64,000 nucleotides of DNA from Auanema rhodensis (taxonomy: Eukaryota; Animalia; Nematoda): contig OZ059897.1 of the NCBI GenBank assembly GCA_964057225.1, positions 3,224,001-3,288,000 on the forward strand, given 5' to 3'. The translations under genes were made by a program, and so were the position numbers. The notes beneath the pieces are model-generated. The model had not been told where the DNA came from. It did not search any database and saw only the letters and a list, made by a program, of their open reading frames with translations. Position 1 is the stretch's first letter. Every line of letters begins with the position of its first letter. Below are positions 10,531-25,100 of the stretch, piece by piece.

Positions 10531-13500
10531 AATAGTTTTTTCGTTGAAAAACATTGTCCATCGTCTTTGCCTTGAAAAAAGGAATCTAAAAACATCTACT
10601 TTTTGTGAAATTATTTGGAAATTTTTCGGGAAAATTTTTGTCAAAATGTTTTTGGAAGCAATGTTGAGTGTACATGGGAACTCAACATACACTAATGCAT
10701 TATTTTTCAAACGATCATAACTTATTTTTGTATAGAGCGTTTCTCAATGTAGTATAGTGCATTCGATGCGGATTTTTAAGCTGCGTCGATCTGTGTTATC
10801 AGATTTGAGTTAGCTTAAAAATGCACCGAGATATCAACTGATATATGTTCACACTTATATCCTCGACTTTCACCCTGAAGAAATGATTTTTTCGTTGAAT
10901 AACATTGTCCATCGTCTTCGTTTTGGAAAAAGGAATCTAAAAACATCTACTTTTTGTGAAATTATTTAGAAATTTTTCGGGAAAATTTTTGTCAAAATGT
11001 TTTTGGAAGCAATGTTGAGTGTACATGGGAACTCAACATACACTAATGCATTATTTTTCAAACGATCATAACTTATTTTTGTATAAAGCGTTTCTCAATG
11101 TAGTATAGTGCATTCGATGCGGATTTTTAAGCTGCGTCGATCTGTGTTATCAGATTTGAGTTAGCTTAAAAATGCACCGAGATATCAACTGATATATGTT
11201 CACACTTATATCCTCGATTTTCACCCTGAAGAAATGATTTTTTCGTTGAATAACATTGTCCATCGTCTCTGTCTTGAAAAAAGGAATCTAAAAACATCTA
11301 CTTTTTGTGAAATTATTTAGAAATTTTTCGGGAAAATTTTTGTCAAAATGTTTTTGGAAGCAATGTTGAGTGTACATGGGAACTCAACATACACTAATGC
11401 ATTATTTTTCAAACGATCATAACTAATTTTTGTATAGAGCGTTTCTCAATGTAGTATAGTGCATTCGATGCGGATTTTTAAGCTGCGTTGATCTGTGTTA
11501 TCAGATTTGAGTTAACTTAAAAATGCACCGAGATATCAACTGATATAGGTTCACACTTATATCCTCGATTTTCACCCTGAAGAAGTAGTTTTTTCGTTGA
11601 AAAACATTGTCCATCGTCTTTGTCATGAAAAAAGGAATCTAAAAACATCTACTTTTTAAGAAATTATATAGAAATTTTTCGGGAAAATTTTTGTCAAAAT
11701 GTTTTTGGAAGCAATGTTGAGTGTACATGGGAACTCAACATACACTAATGCATTATTTTTCAAACGATCATAACTTATTTTTGTATAGAGCGTTTCTCAA
11801 TGTAGTATAGTGCATTCGATGCGGATTTTTAAGTTGCGTTGATCTGTGTTATCAGATTTGAGTTAGCTTAAAAATGCACCGAGATATCAACTGATTTATG
11901 TTCACACTTATATCCTCGATTTTCACCCTGAAGAACTGATTTTTTCGTTGAATAACATTGTCCATCATCTTCGTCTTGAAAAAAGGAATCTAAAAACATC
12001 TACTTTTTGTGAAATTATTTAGAAATTTTTCGGGAAAATTTTTGTCAAAATGTTTTTGGAAGCAATGTTGAGTGTACATGGGAACTCAACATACACTAAT
12101 GCATTATTTTTCAAACGATCATAACTAATTTTTGTATAGAGCGTTTCTCAATGTAGTATAGTGCATTCGATGCGGATTTTTAAGCTGCGTTGATCTGTGT
12201 TATCAGATTTGAGTTAACTTAAAAATGCACCGAGATATCAACTGATATAGGTTCACACTTATATCCTCGATTTTCACCCTGAAGAAGTAGTTTTTTCGTT
12301 GAAAAACATTGTCCATCGTCTTCGTCATGAAAAAAGGAATCTAAAAACATCTACTTCTTGTGAAATTATTTAGAAATTTTTCGGGAAAATTTTTGTCAAA
12401 ATGTTTTTGGAAGCAATGTTGAGTGTACATGGGAACTCAACATACACTAATGCATTATTTTTCAAACGATCATAACTAATTTCTGTAAATAGCGTTTCTC
12501 AATGTAGTATAGTGCATTCGATGCGGATTTTTAAGCTGCGTCGATCTGTGTTATCAGATTTGAGTTAGCTTAAAAATGCACCGAGATATCAACTGATATA
12601 TGTTCACACTTATATCCTCGATTTTCACCCTGAAGAAATAGTTTTTTCGTTGAAAAACATTGTCCATCGTCTTTGCCTTGAAAAAAGGAATCTAAAAACA
12701 TCTACTTTTTGTGAAATTATTTGGAAATTTTTCGGGAAAATTTTTGTCAAAATGTTTTTGGAAGCAATGTTGAGTGTACATGGGAACTCAACATACACTA
12801 ATGCATTATTTTTCAAACGATCATAACTTATTTTTGTATAGAGCGTTTCTCAATGTAGTATAGTGCATTCGATGCGGATTTTTAAGCTGCGTCGATCTGT
12901 GTTATCAGATTTGAGTTAGCTTAAAAATGCACCGAGATATCAACTGATATATGTTCACACTTATATCCTCGACTTTCACCCTGAAGAAATGATTTTTTCG
13001 TTGAATAACATTGTCCATCGTCTTCGTTTTGGAAAAAGGAATCTAAAAACATCTACTTTTTGTGAAATTATTTAGAAATTTTTCGGGAAAATTTTTGTCA
13101 AAATGTTTTTGGAAGCAATGTTGAGTGTACATGGGAACTCAACATACACTAATGCATTATTTTTCAAACGATCATAACTTATTTTTGTATAGAGCGTTTC
13201 TCAATGTAGTATAGTGCATTCGATGCGGATTTTTAAGCTGCGTCGATCTGTGTTATCAGATTTGAGTTAGCTTAAAAATGCACCGAGATATCAACTGATA
13301 TATGTTCACACTTATATCCTCGATTTTCACCCTGAAGAAATGATTTTTTCGTTGAATAACATTGTCCATCGTCTCTGTCTTGAAAAAAGGAATCTAAAAA
13401 CATCTACTTTTTGTGAAATTATTTAGAAATTTTTCGGGAAAATTTTTGTCAAAATGTTTTTGGAAGCAATGTTGAGTGTACATGGGAACTCAACATACAC

Positions 13501-14391
13501 TAATGCATTATTTTTCAAACGATCATAACTAATTTTTGTATAGAGCGTTTCTCAATGTAGTATAGTGCATTCGATGCGGATTTTTAAGCTGCGTTGATCT
13601 GTGTTATCAGATTTGAGTTAACTTAAAAATGCACCGAGATATCAACTGATATAGGTTCACACTTATATCCTCGATTTTCACCCTGAAGAAGTAGTTTTTT
13701 CGTTGAAAAACATTGTCCATCGTCTTCGTCATGAAAAAAGGAATCTAAAAACATCTACTTTTTAAGAAATTATATAGAAATTTTTCGGGAAAATTTTTGT
13801 CAAAATGTTTTTGGAAGCAATGTTGAGTGTACATGGGAACTCAACATACACTAATGCATTATTTTTCAAACGATCATAACTTATTTTTGTATAGAGCGTT
13901 TCTCAATGTAGTATAGTGCATTCGATGCGGATTTTTAAGTTGCGTTGATCTGTGTTATCAGATTTGAGTTAGCTTAAAAATGCACCGAGATATCAACTGA
14001 TTTATGTTCACACTTATATCCTCGATTTTCACCCTGAAGAAATGATTTTTTCGTTGAATAACATTGTCCATCATCTTCGTCTTGAAAAAAGGAATCTAAA
14101 AACATCTACTTTTTGTGAAATTATTTAGAAATTTTTCGGGAAAATTTTTGTCAAAATGTTTTTGGAAGCAATGTTGAGTGTACATGGGAACTCAACATAC
14201 ACTAATGCATTATTTTTCAAACGATCATAACTTATTTTTGTATAGAGCGTTTCTCAATGTAGTATAGTGCATTCGATGCGGATTTTTAAGCTGCGTCGAT
14301 CTGTGTTATCAGATTTGAGTTAGCTTAAAAATGCACCGAGATATCAACTGATATATGTTCACACTTATATCCTCGACTTTCACCCTGAAGA
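10531..14391 (+). repeat. 6-monomer HOR (2106 bp), about 2 copies
   Basis: Ordered markers C(tttGg), A(gtTttGg), A(ctCTg), B(aagTtg/atTtatg), A(catcAtc) recur at a 2106 offset. The artefact ORFs at 10519 and 12625 are also 2106 apart. Confidence 0.88.
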
Positions 14392-15444
14392 AATGATTTT
14401 TTCGTTGAATAACATTGTCCATCGTCTTCGTCTTGAAAAAAGGAATCTAAAAACATCTACTTTTTGTGAAATTATTTAGAAATTTTTCGGGAAAATTTTT
14501 GTCAAAATGTTTTTGGAAGCAATGTTGAGTGTACATGGGAACTCAACATACACTAATGCATTATTTTTCAAACGATCATAACTTATTTTTGTATAGAGCG
14601 TTTCTCAATGTAGTATGGTGCATTCGATGCGGATTTTTGAGCTGCGTCGATCTGTGTTATCAGATTTGAGTTAGCTTAAAAATGCACCGAGATATCAACT
14701 GATATATGTTCACACTTATATCCTCGATTTTCACCCTGAAGAAATGATTTTTTCGTTGAATAACATTGTCCATCGTCTTCGTCTTGAAAAAAGGAATCTA
14801 AAAACATCTACTTTTTGTGAAATTATTTAGAAATTTTTCGGGAAAATTTTTGTCAAAATGTTTTTGGAAGCAATGTTGAGTGTACATGGGAACTCAACAT
14901 ACACTAATGCATTATTTTTCAAACAATCATAACTAATTTTTGTATAGAGCGTTTCTCAATGTAGTATAGTGCATTCGATGCGGATTTTTAAGCTGCGTTG
15001 ATCTGTGTTATCAGATTTGAGTTAACTTAAAAATGCACCGAGATATCAACTGATATAGGTTCACACTTATATCCTCGATTTTCACCCTGAAGAAGTAGTT
15101 TTTTCGTTGAAAAACATTGTCCATCGTCTTCGTCATGAAAAAAGGAATCTAAAAACATCTACTTTTTAAGAAATTATATAGAAATTTTTCGGGAAAATTT
15201 TTGTCAAAATGTTTTTGGAAGCAATGTTGAGTGTACATGGGAACTCAACATACACTAATGCATTATTTTTCAAACGATCATAACTTATTTTTGTATAGAG
15301 CGTTTCTCAATGTAGTATAGTGCATTCGATGCGGATTTTTAAGCTGCGTCGATCTGTGTTATCAGATTTGAGTTAGCTTAAAAATGCACCGAGATATCAA
15401 CTGATATATGTTCACACTTATATCCTCGATTTTCACCCTGAAGA

Positions 15445-17199
15445 AATGATTTTTTCGTTGAATAACATTGTCCATCGTCTTCGTCTTGAAAAAAGGAATC
15501 TAAAAACATCTACTTTTTGTGAAATTATTTAGAAATTTTTCGGGAAAATTTTTGTCAAAATGTTTTTGGAAGCAATGTTGAGTGTACATGGGAACTCAAC
15601 ATACACTAATGCATTATTTTTCAAACGATCATAACTAATTTTTGTAAATAGCGTTTCTCAAGGTAGTATAGTGCATTCGATGCGGATTTTTAAGCTGCGT
15701 CGATCTGTGTTATCAGATTTGAGTTAGCTTAAAAATGCACCGAGATATCGACTGATATATGTTCACACTTATATCCTCGATTTTCACCCTGAAGAAATGA
15801 TTTTTTGGTTGAAAAACATTGTCCATCGTCTTCGTCTTAAAAAAAGGAATCTAAAAACACCTACTTCTTGTGAAATTATTTAGAAATTTTTCGGGAAAAT
15901 TTTTGTCAAAATGTTTTTGGAAGCAATGTTGAGTGTACATGGGAACTCAACATACACTAATGCATTATTTTTCAAACGATCATAACTAATTTCTGTAAAT
16001 AGCGTTTCTCAATGTAGTATAGTGCATTAGATGCGGATTTTTAAGCTGCGTCGATCTGTGTTATCAGATTTGAGTTAGCTTAAAAATGCACCGAGATATC
16101 AACTGATATATGTTCACACTTATATCCTCGATTTTCACCCTGAAGAAATGATTTTTTCGTTGAATAACATTGTCCATCGTCTTCGTCTTGAAAAAAGGAA
16201 TCTAAAAACATCTACTTTTTGTGAAATTATTTAGAAATTTTTCGGGAAAATTTTTGTCAAAATGTTTTTGGAAGCAATGTTGAGTGTACATGGGAACTCA
16301 ACATACACTAATGCATTATTTTTCAAACGATCATAACTAATTTTTGTAAATAGCGTTTCTCAAGGTAGTATAGTGCATTCGATGCGGATTTTTAAGCTGC
16401 GTCGATCTGTGTTATCAGATTTGAGTTAGCTTAAAAATGCACCGAGATATCGACTGATATATGTTCACACTTATATCCTCGATTTTCACCCTGAAGAAAT
16501 GATTTTTTGGTTGAAAAACATTGTCCATCGTCTTCGTCTTAAAAAAAGGAATCTAAAAACACCTACTTCTTGTGAAATTATTTAGAAATTTTTCGGGAAA
16601 ATTTTTGTCAAAATGTTTTTGGAAGCAATGTTGAGTGTACATGGGAACTCAACATACACTAATGCATTATTTTTCAAACGATCATAACTAATTTCTGTAA
16701 ATAGCGTTTCTCAATGTAGTATAGTGCATTAGATGCGGATTTTTAAGCTGCGTCGATCTGTGTTATCAGATTTGAGTTAGCTTAAAAATGCACCGAGATA
16801 TCAACTGATATATGTTCACACTTATATCCTCGATTTTCACCCTGAAGAAATAGTTTTTTCGTTGAAAAACATTGTCCATCGTCTTCGTCTTAAAAAAAGG
16901 AATCTAAAAACACCTACTTCTTGTGAAATTATTTAGAAATTTTTCGGGAAAATTTTTGTCAAAATGTTTTTGGAAGCAATGTTGAGTGTACATGGGAACT
17001 CAACATACACTAATGCATTATTTTTCAAACGATCATAACTAATTTCTGTAAATAGCGTTTCTCAATGTAGTATAGTGCATTAGATGCGGATTTTTAAGCT
17101 GCGTCGATCTGTGTTATCAGATTTGAGTTAGCTTAAAAATGCACCGAGATATCAACTGATATATGTTCACACTTATATCCTCGATTTTCACCCTGAAGA
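15445..17199 (+). repeat. 2-monomer duplication (702 bp; A-E) followed by a chimeric C/E monomer
   Basis: atatcGac at 15750/16452; cattAgat at 16029/16731/17082. The monomer at 16849 starts as type C (aatag) but continues as type E (cttAaaa, caCctacttC). Confidence 0.88.
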
Positions 17200-20100
17200 A
17201 ATAGTTTTTTCGTTGAAAAACATTGTCCATCGTCTTTGCCTTGAAAAAAGGAATCTAAAAACATCTACTTTTTGTGAAATTATTTAGAAATTTTTCGGGA
17301 AAATTTTTGTCAAAATGTTTTTGGAAGCAATGTTGAGTGTACATGGGAACTCAACATACACTAATGCATTATTTTTCAAACGATCATAACTTATTTTTGT
17401 ATAGAGCGTTTCTCAATGTAGTATAGTGCATTCGATGCGGATTTTTAAGCTGCGTCGATCTGTGTTATCAGATTTGAGTTAGCTTAAAAATGCACCGAGA
17501 TATCAACTGATATATGTTCACACTTATATCCTCGACTTTCACCCTGAAGAAATGATTTTTTCGTTGAATAACATTGTCCATCGTCTTCGTTTTGGAAAAA
17601 GGAATCTAAAAACATCTACTTTTTGTGAAATTATTTAGAAATTTTTCGGGAAAATTTTTGTCAAAATGTTTTTGGAAGCAATGTTGAGTGTACATGGGAA
17701 CTCAACATACACTAATGCATTATTTTTCAAACGATCATAACTTATTTTTGTATAGAGCGTTTCTCAATGTAGTATAGTGCATTCGATGCGGATTTTTAAG
17801 CTGCGTCGATCTGTGTTATCAGATTTGAGTTAGCTTAAAAATGCACCGAAATATCAACTGATATATGTTCACACTTATATCCTCGATTTTCACCCTGAAG
17901 AAATGATTTTTTCGTTGAATAACATTGTCCATCGTCTCTGTCTTGAAAAAAGGAATCTAAAAACATCTACTTTTTGTGAAATTATTTAGAAATTTTTCGG
18001 GAAAATTTTTGTCAAAATGTTTTTGGAAGCAATGTTGAGTGTACATGGGAACTCAACATACACTAATGCATTATTTTTCAAACGATCATAACTAATTTTT
18101 GTATAGAGCGTTTCTCAATGAAGTATAGTGCATTCGATGCGGATTTTTAAGCTGCGTTGATCTGTGTTATCAGATTTGAGTTAACTTAAAAATGCACCGA
18201 GATATCAACTGATATAGGTTCACACTTATATCCTCGATTTTCACCCTGAAGAAGTAGTTTTTTCGTTGAAAAACATTGTCCATCGTCTTCGTCATGAAAA
18301 AAGGAATCTAAAAACATCTACTTTTTAAGAAATTATATAGAAATTTTTCGGGAAAATTTTTGTCAAAATGTTTTTGGAAGCAATGTTGAGTGTACATGGG
18401 AACTCAACATACACTAATGCATTATTTTTCAAACGATCATAACTTATTTTTGTATAGAGCGTTTCTCAATGTAGTATAGTGCGTTCGATGCGGATTTTTA
18501 AGCTGCGTCGATCTGTGTTATCAGATTTGAGTTAGCTTAAAAATGCACCGAGATATCAACTGATATATGTTCACACTTATATCCTCGATTTTCACCCTGA
18601 AGAAATGATTTTTTCGTTGAATAACATTGTCCATCGTCTTCGTCTTGAAAAAAGGAATCTAAAAACATCTACTTTTTGTGAAATTATTTAGAAATTTTTC
18701 GGGAAAATTTTTGTCAAAATGTTTTTGGAAGCAATGTTGAGTGTACATGGGAACTCAACATACACTAATGCATTATTTTTCGAACGATCATAACTAATTT
18801 TTGTAAATAGCGTTTCTCAAGGTAGTATAGTGCATTCGATGCGGATTTTTAAGCTGCGTCGATCTGTGTTATCAGATTTGAGTTAGCTTAAAAATGCACC
18901 GAGATATCAACTGATATAGGTTCACACTTATATCCTCGATTTTCAAACTGAAGAATTGATTTTTTTGTTGAATAACATTGTCCATCGTCTTCGTCTTGAA
19001 AAAAGGAATCTAAAAACATCTACTTTTTGTGAAATTATCTAGAAATTTTTCGGGAAAATTTTTGTCAAAATGTTTTTGGAAGCAATGTTGAGTGTACATG
19101 GGAACTCAACATACACTAATGCATTATTTTTCAAACGATCATAACTATTTTCTGTAAATAGCGTTTCTCAATGTAGTATAGTGCATTCGATGCGGATTTT
19201 TAAGTTGCGTTGATCTGTGTTATCAGATTTGAGTTAGCTTAAAAATGCACCGAGATATCAACTGATATATGTTCACACTTATATCCTCGATTTTCAAACT
19301 GAAGAATTGATTTTTTTGTTGAATAACATTGTCCATCGTCTTCGTCTTGAAAAAAGGAATCTAAAAACATCTACTTTTTGTGAAATTATCTAGAAATTTT
19401 TCGGGAAAATTTTTGTCAAAATGTTTTTGGAAGCAATGTTGAGTGTACATGGGAACTCAACATACACTAATGCATTATTTTTCAAACGATCATAACTATT
19501 TTCTGTAAATAGCGTTTCTCAATGTAGTATAGTGCATTCGATGCGGATTTTTAAGTTGCGTTGATCTGTGTTATCAGATTTGAGTTAGCTTAAAAATGCA
19601 CCGAGATATCAACTGATATATGTTCACACTTATATCCTCGATTTTCACCCTGAAGAAATGATTTTTTCGTTGAATAACATTGTCCATCGTCTTTGTCTTG
19701 AAAAAAGGAATCTAAAAACATCTACTTTTTGTGAAATTATTTAGAAATTTTTCGGGAAAATTTTTGTCAAAATGTTTTTGGAAGCAATGTTGAGTGTACA
19801 TGGGAACTCAACATACACTAATGCATTATTTTTCAAACGATCATAACTAATTTCTGTAAATAGCGTTTCTCAATGTAGTATAGTGCATTCGATGCGGATT
19901 TTTAAGCTGCGTCGATCTGTGTTATCAGATTTGAGTTAGCTTAAAAATGCACCGAGATATCAACTGATATATGTTCACACTTATATCCTCGATTTTCACC
20001 CTGAAGAAATAGTTTTTTCGTTGAAAAACATTGTCCATCGTCTTTGCCTTGAAAAAAGGAATCTAAAAACATCTACTTTTTGTGAAATTATTTAGAAATT

Positions 20101-22113
20101 TTTCGGGAAAATTTTTGTCAAAATGTTTTTGGAAGCAATGTTGAGTGTACATGGGAACTCAACATACACTAATGCATTATTTTTCAAACGATCATAACTT
20201 ATTTTTGTATAGAGCGTTTCTCAATGTAGTATAGTGCATTCGATGCGGATTTTTAAGCTGCGTCGATCTGTGTTATCAGATTTGAGTTAGCTTAAAAATG
20301 CACCGAGATATCAACTGATATATGTTCACACTTATATCCTCGATTTTCACCCTGAAGAAATGATTTTTTCGTTGAATAACATTGTCCATCGTCTTCGTCT
20401 TGAAAAAAGGAATCTAAAAACATCTACTTTTTGTGAAATTATTTAGAAATTTTTCGGGAAAATTTTTGTCAAAATGTTTTTGGAAGCAATGTTGAGTGTA
20501 CATGGGAACTCAACATACACTAATGCATTATTTTTCAAACGATCATAACTTATTTTTGTATAGAGCGTTTCTCAATGTAGTATAGTGCATTCGATGCGGA
20601 TTTTTAAGCTGCGTCGATCTGTGTTATCCGATTTGAGTTAGCTTAAAAATGCACCGAGATATCAACTGATATATGTTCACACTTATATCCTCGATTTTCA
20701 ACCTGAAGAAATGATTTTTTCGTTGAATAACATTGTCCATCGTCTTCGTCTTGAAAAAAGGAATCTAAAAACATCTACTTTTTGTGAAATTATTTAGAAA
20801 TTTTTCGGGAAAATTTTTGTCAAAATGTTTTTGGAAGCAATGTTGAGTGTACATGGGAACTCAACATACACTAATGCATTATTTTTCAAACGATCATAAC
20901 TAATTTTTGTATAGAGCGTTTCTCAATGTAGTATAGTGCATTCGATGCGGATTTTTAAGCTGCGTTGATCTGTGTTATCAGATTTGAGTTAACTTAAAAA
21001 TGCACCGAGATATCAACTGATATAGGTTCACACTTATATCCTCGATTTTCACCCTGAAGAAGTAGTTTTTTCGTTGAAAAACATTGTCCATCGTCTTCGT
21101 CATGAAAAAAGGAATCTAAAAACATCTACTTTTTAAGAAATTATATAGAAATTTTTCGGGAAAATTTTTGTCAAAATGTTTTTGGAAGCAATGTTGAGTG
21201 TACATGGGAACTCAACATACACTAATGCATTATTTTTCAAACGATCATAACTTATTTTTGTATAGAGCGTTTCTCAATGTAGTATAGTGCATTCGATGCG
21301 GATTTTTAAGCTGCGTCGATCTGTGTTATCCGATTTGAGTTAGCTTAAAAATGCACCGAGATATCAACTGATATATGTTCACACTTATATCCTCGATTTT
21401 CACCCTGAAGAAATGATTTTTTCGTTGAATAACATTGTCCATCGTCTTCGTCTTGAAAAAAGGAATCTAAAAACATCTACTTTTTGTGAAATTATTTAGA
21501 AATTTTTCGGGAAAATTTTTGTCAAAATGTTTTTGGAAGCAATGTTGAGTGTACATGGGAACTCAACATACACTAATGCATTATTTTTCAAACGATCATA
21601 ACTAATTTTTGTATAGAGCGTTTCTCAATGTAGTATAGTGCATTCGATGCGGATTTTTAAGCTGCGTTGATCTGTGTTATCAGATTTGAGTTAACTTAAA
21701 AATGCACCGAGATATCAACTGATATAGGTTCACACTTATATCCTCGATTTTCACCCTGAAGAAGTAGTTTTTTCGTTGAAAAACATTGTCCATCGTCTTC
21801 GTCATGAAAAAAGGAATCTAAAACCATCTACTTTTTAAGAAATTATATAGAAATTTTTCGGGAAAATTTTTGTCAAAATGTTTTTGGAAGCAATGTTGAG
21901 TGTACATGGGAACTCAACATACACTAATGCATTATTTTTCAAACGATCATAACTTATTTTTGTATAGAGCGTTTCTCAATGTAGTATAGTGCATTCGATG
22001 CGGATTTTTAAGCTGCGTCGATCTGTGTTATCAGATTTGAGTTAGCTTAAAAATGCACCGAGATATCAACTGATATATGTTCACACTTATATCCTCGATT
22101 TTCACCCTGAAGA

Positions 22114-25100
22114 AATAGTTTTTTCGTTGAAAAACATTGTCCATCGTCTTTGCCTTGAAAAAAGGAATCTAAAAACATCTACTTTTTGTGAAATTATTTA
22201 GAAATTTTTCGGGAAAATTTTTGTCAAAATGTTTTTGGAAGCAATGTTGAGTGTACATGGGAACTCAACATACACTAATGCATTATTTTTCAAACGATCA
22301 TAACTTATTTTTGTATAGAGCGTTTCTCAATGTAGTATAGTGCATTCGATGCGGATTTTTAAGCTGCGTCGATCTGTGTTATCAGATTTGAGTTAGCTTA
22401 AAAATGCACCGAGATATCAACTGATATATGTTCACACTTATATCCTCGATTTTCACCCTGAAGAAATGATTTTTTCGTTGAATAACATTGTCCATCGTCT
22501 TCGTCTTGAAAAAAGGAATCTAAAAACATCTACTTTTTGTGAAATTATTTAGAAATTTTTCGGGAAAATTTTTGTCAAAATGTTTTTGGAAGCAATGTTG
22601 AGTGTACATGGGAACTCAACATACACTAATGCATTATTTTTCAAACGATCATAACTTATTTTTGTATAGAGCGTTTCTCAATGTAGTATAGTGCATTCGA
22701 TGCGGATTTTTAAGCTGCGTCGATCTGTGTTATCCGATTTGAGTTAGCTTAAAAATGCACCGAGATATCAACTGATATATGTTCACACTTATATCCTCGA
22801 TTTTCACCCTGAAGAAATGATTTTTTCGTTGAATAACATTGTCCATCGTCTTCGTCTTGAAAAAAGGAATCTAAAAACATCTACTTTTTGTGAAATTATT
22901 TAGAAATTTTTCGGGAAAATTTTTGTCAAAATGTTTTTGGAAGCAATGTTGAGTGTACATGGGAACTCAACATACACTAATGCATTATTTTTCAAACGAT
23001 CATAACTAATTTTTGTATAGAGCGTTTCTCAATGTAGTATAGTGCACTCGATGCGGATTTTTAAGCTGCGTTGATCTGTGTTATCAGATTTGAGTTAACT
23101 TAAAAATGCACCGAGATATCAACTGATATAGGTTCACACTTATATCCTCGATTTTCACCCTGAAGAAGTAGTTTTTTCGTTGAAAAACATTGTCCATCGT
23201 CTTTGTAATGAAAAAAGGAATCTAAAAACATCTACTTTTTAAGAAATTATATAGAAATTTTTCGGGAAAATTTTTGTCAAAATGTTTTTGGAAGCAATGT
23301 TGAGTGTACATGGGAACTCAACATACACTAATGCATTATTTTTCAAACGATCATAACTTATTTTTGTATAGAGCGTTTCTCAATGTAGTATAGTGCATTC
23401 GATGCGGATTTTTAAGCTGCGTCGATCTGTGTTATCAGATTTGAGTTAGCTTAAAAATGCACCGAGATATCAACTGATATATGTTCACACTTATATCCTC
23501 GATTTTCACCCTGAAGAAATAGTTTTTTCGTTGAAAAACATTGTCCATCGTCTTTGCCTTGAAAAAAGGAATCTAAAAACATCTACTTTTTGTGAAATTA
23601 TTTAGAAATTTTTCGGGAAAATTTTTGTCAAAATGTTTTTGGAAGCAATGTTGAGTGTACATGGGAACTCAACATACACTAATGCATTATTTTTCAAACG
23701 ATCATAACTTATTTTTGTATAGAGCGTTTCTCAATGTAGTATAGTGCATTCGATGCGGATTTTTAAGCTGCGTCGATCTGTGTTATCAGATTTGAGTTAG
23801 CTTAAAAATGCACCGAAATATCAACTGATATATGTTCACACTTATATCCTCGATTTTCACCCTGAAGAAATGATTTTTTCGTTGAATAACATTGTCCATC
23901 GTCTTCGTCTTGAAAAAAGGAATCTAAAAACATCTACTTTTTGTGAAATTATTTAGAAATTTTTCGGGAAAATTTTTGTCAAAATGTTTTTGGAAGCAAT
24001 GTTGAGTGTACATGGGAACTCAACATACACTAATGCATTATTTTTCAAACGATCATAACTTATTTTTGTATAGAGCGTTTCTCAATGTAGTATAGTGCAT
24101 TCGATGCGGATTTTTAAGCTGCGTCGATCTGTGTTATCCGATTTGAGTTAGCTTAAAAATGCACCGAGATATCAACTGATATATGTTCACACTTATATCC
24201 TCGATTTTCACCCTGAAGAAATGATTTTTTCGTTGAATAACATTGTCCATCGTCTTCGTCTTGAAAAAAGGAATCTAAAAACATCTACTTTTTGTGAAAT
24301 TATATAGAAATTTTTCGGGAAAATTTTTGTCAAAATGTTTTTGGAAGCAATGTTGAGTGTACATGGGAACTCAACATACACTAATGCATTATTTTTCAAA
24401 CGATCATAACTTATTTTTGTATAGAGCGTTTCTCAATGTAGTATAGTGCATTCGATGCGGATTTTTAAGCTGCGTCGATCTGTGTTATCAGATTTGAGTT
24501 AGCTTAAAAATGCACCGAGATATCAACTGATATATGTTCACACTTATATCCTCGATTTTCACCCTGAAGAAATAGTTTTTTCGTTGAAAAACATTGTCCA
24601 TCGTCTTTGCCTTGAAAAAAGGAATCTAAAAACATCTACTTTTTGTGAAATTATTTAGAAATTTTTCGGGAAAATTTTTGTCAAAATGTTTTTGGAAGCA
24701 ATGTTGAGTGTACATGGGAACTCAACATACACTAATGCATTATTTTTCAAACGATCATAACTTATTTTTGTATAGAGCGTTTCTCAATGTAGTATAGTGC
24801 ATTCGATGCGGATTTTTAAGCTGCGTCGATCTGTGTTATCAGATTTGAGTTAGCTTAAAAATGCACCGAGATATCAACTGATATATGTTCACACTTATAT
24901 CCTCGATTTTCACCCTGAAGAAATGATTTTTTCGTTGAATAACATTGTCCATCGTCTTCGTCTTGAAAAAAGGAATCTAAAAACATCTACTTTTTGTGAA
25001 ATTATTTAGAAATTTTTCGGGAAAATTTTTGTCAAAATGTTTTTGGAAGCAATGTTGAGTGTACATGGGAACTCAACATACACTAATGCATTATTTTTCA

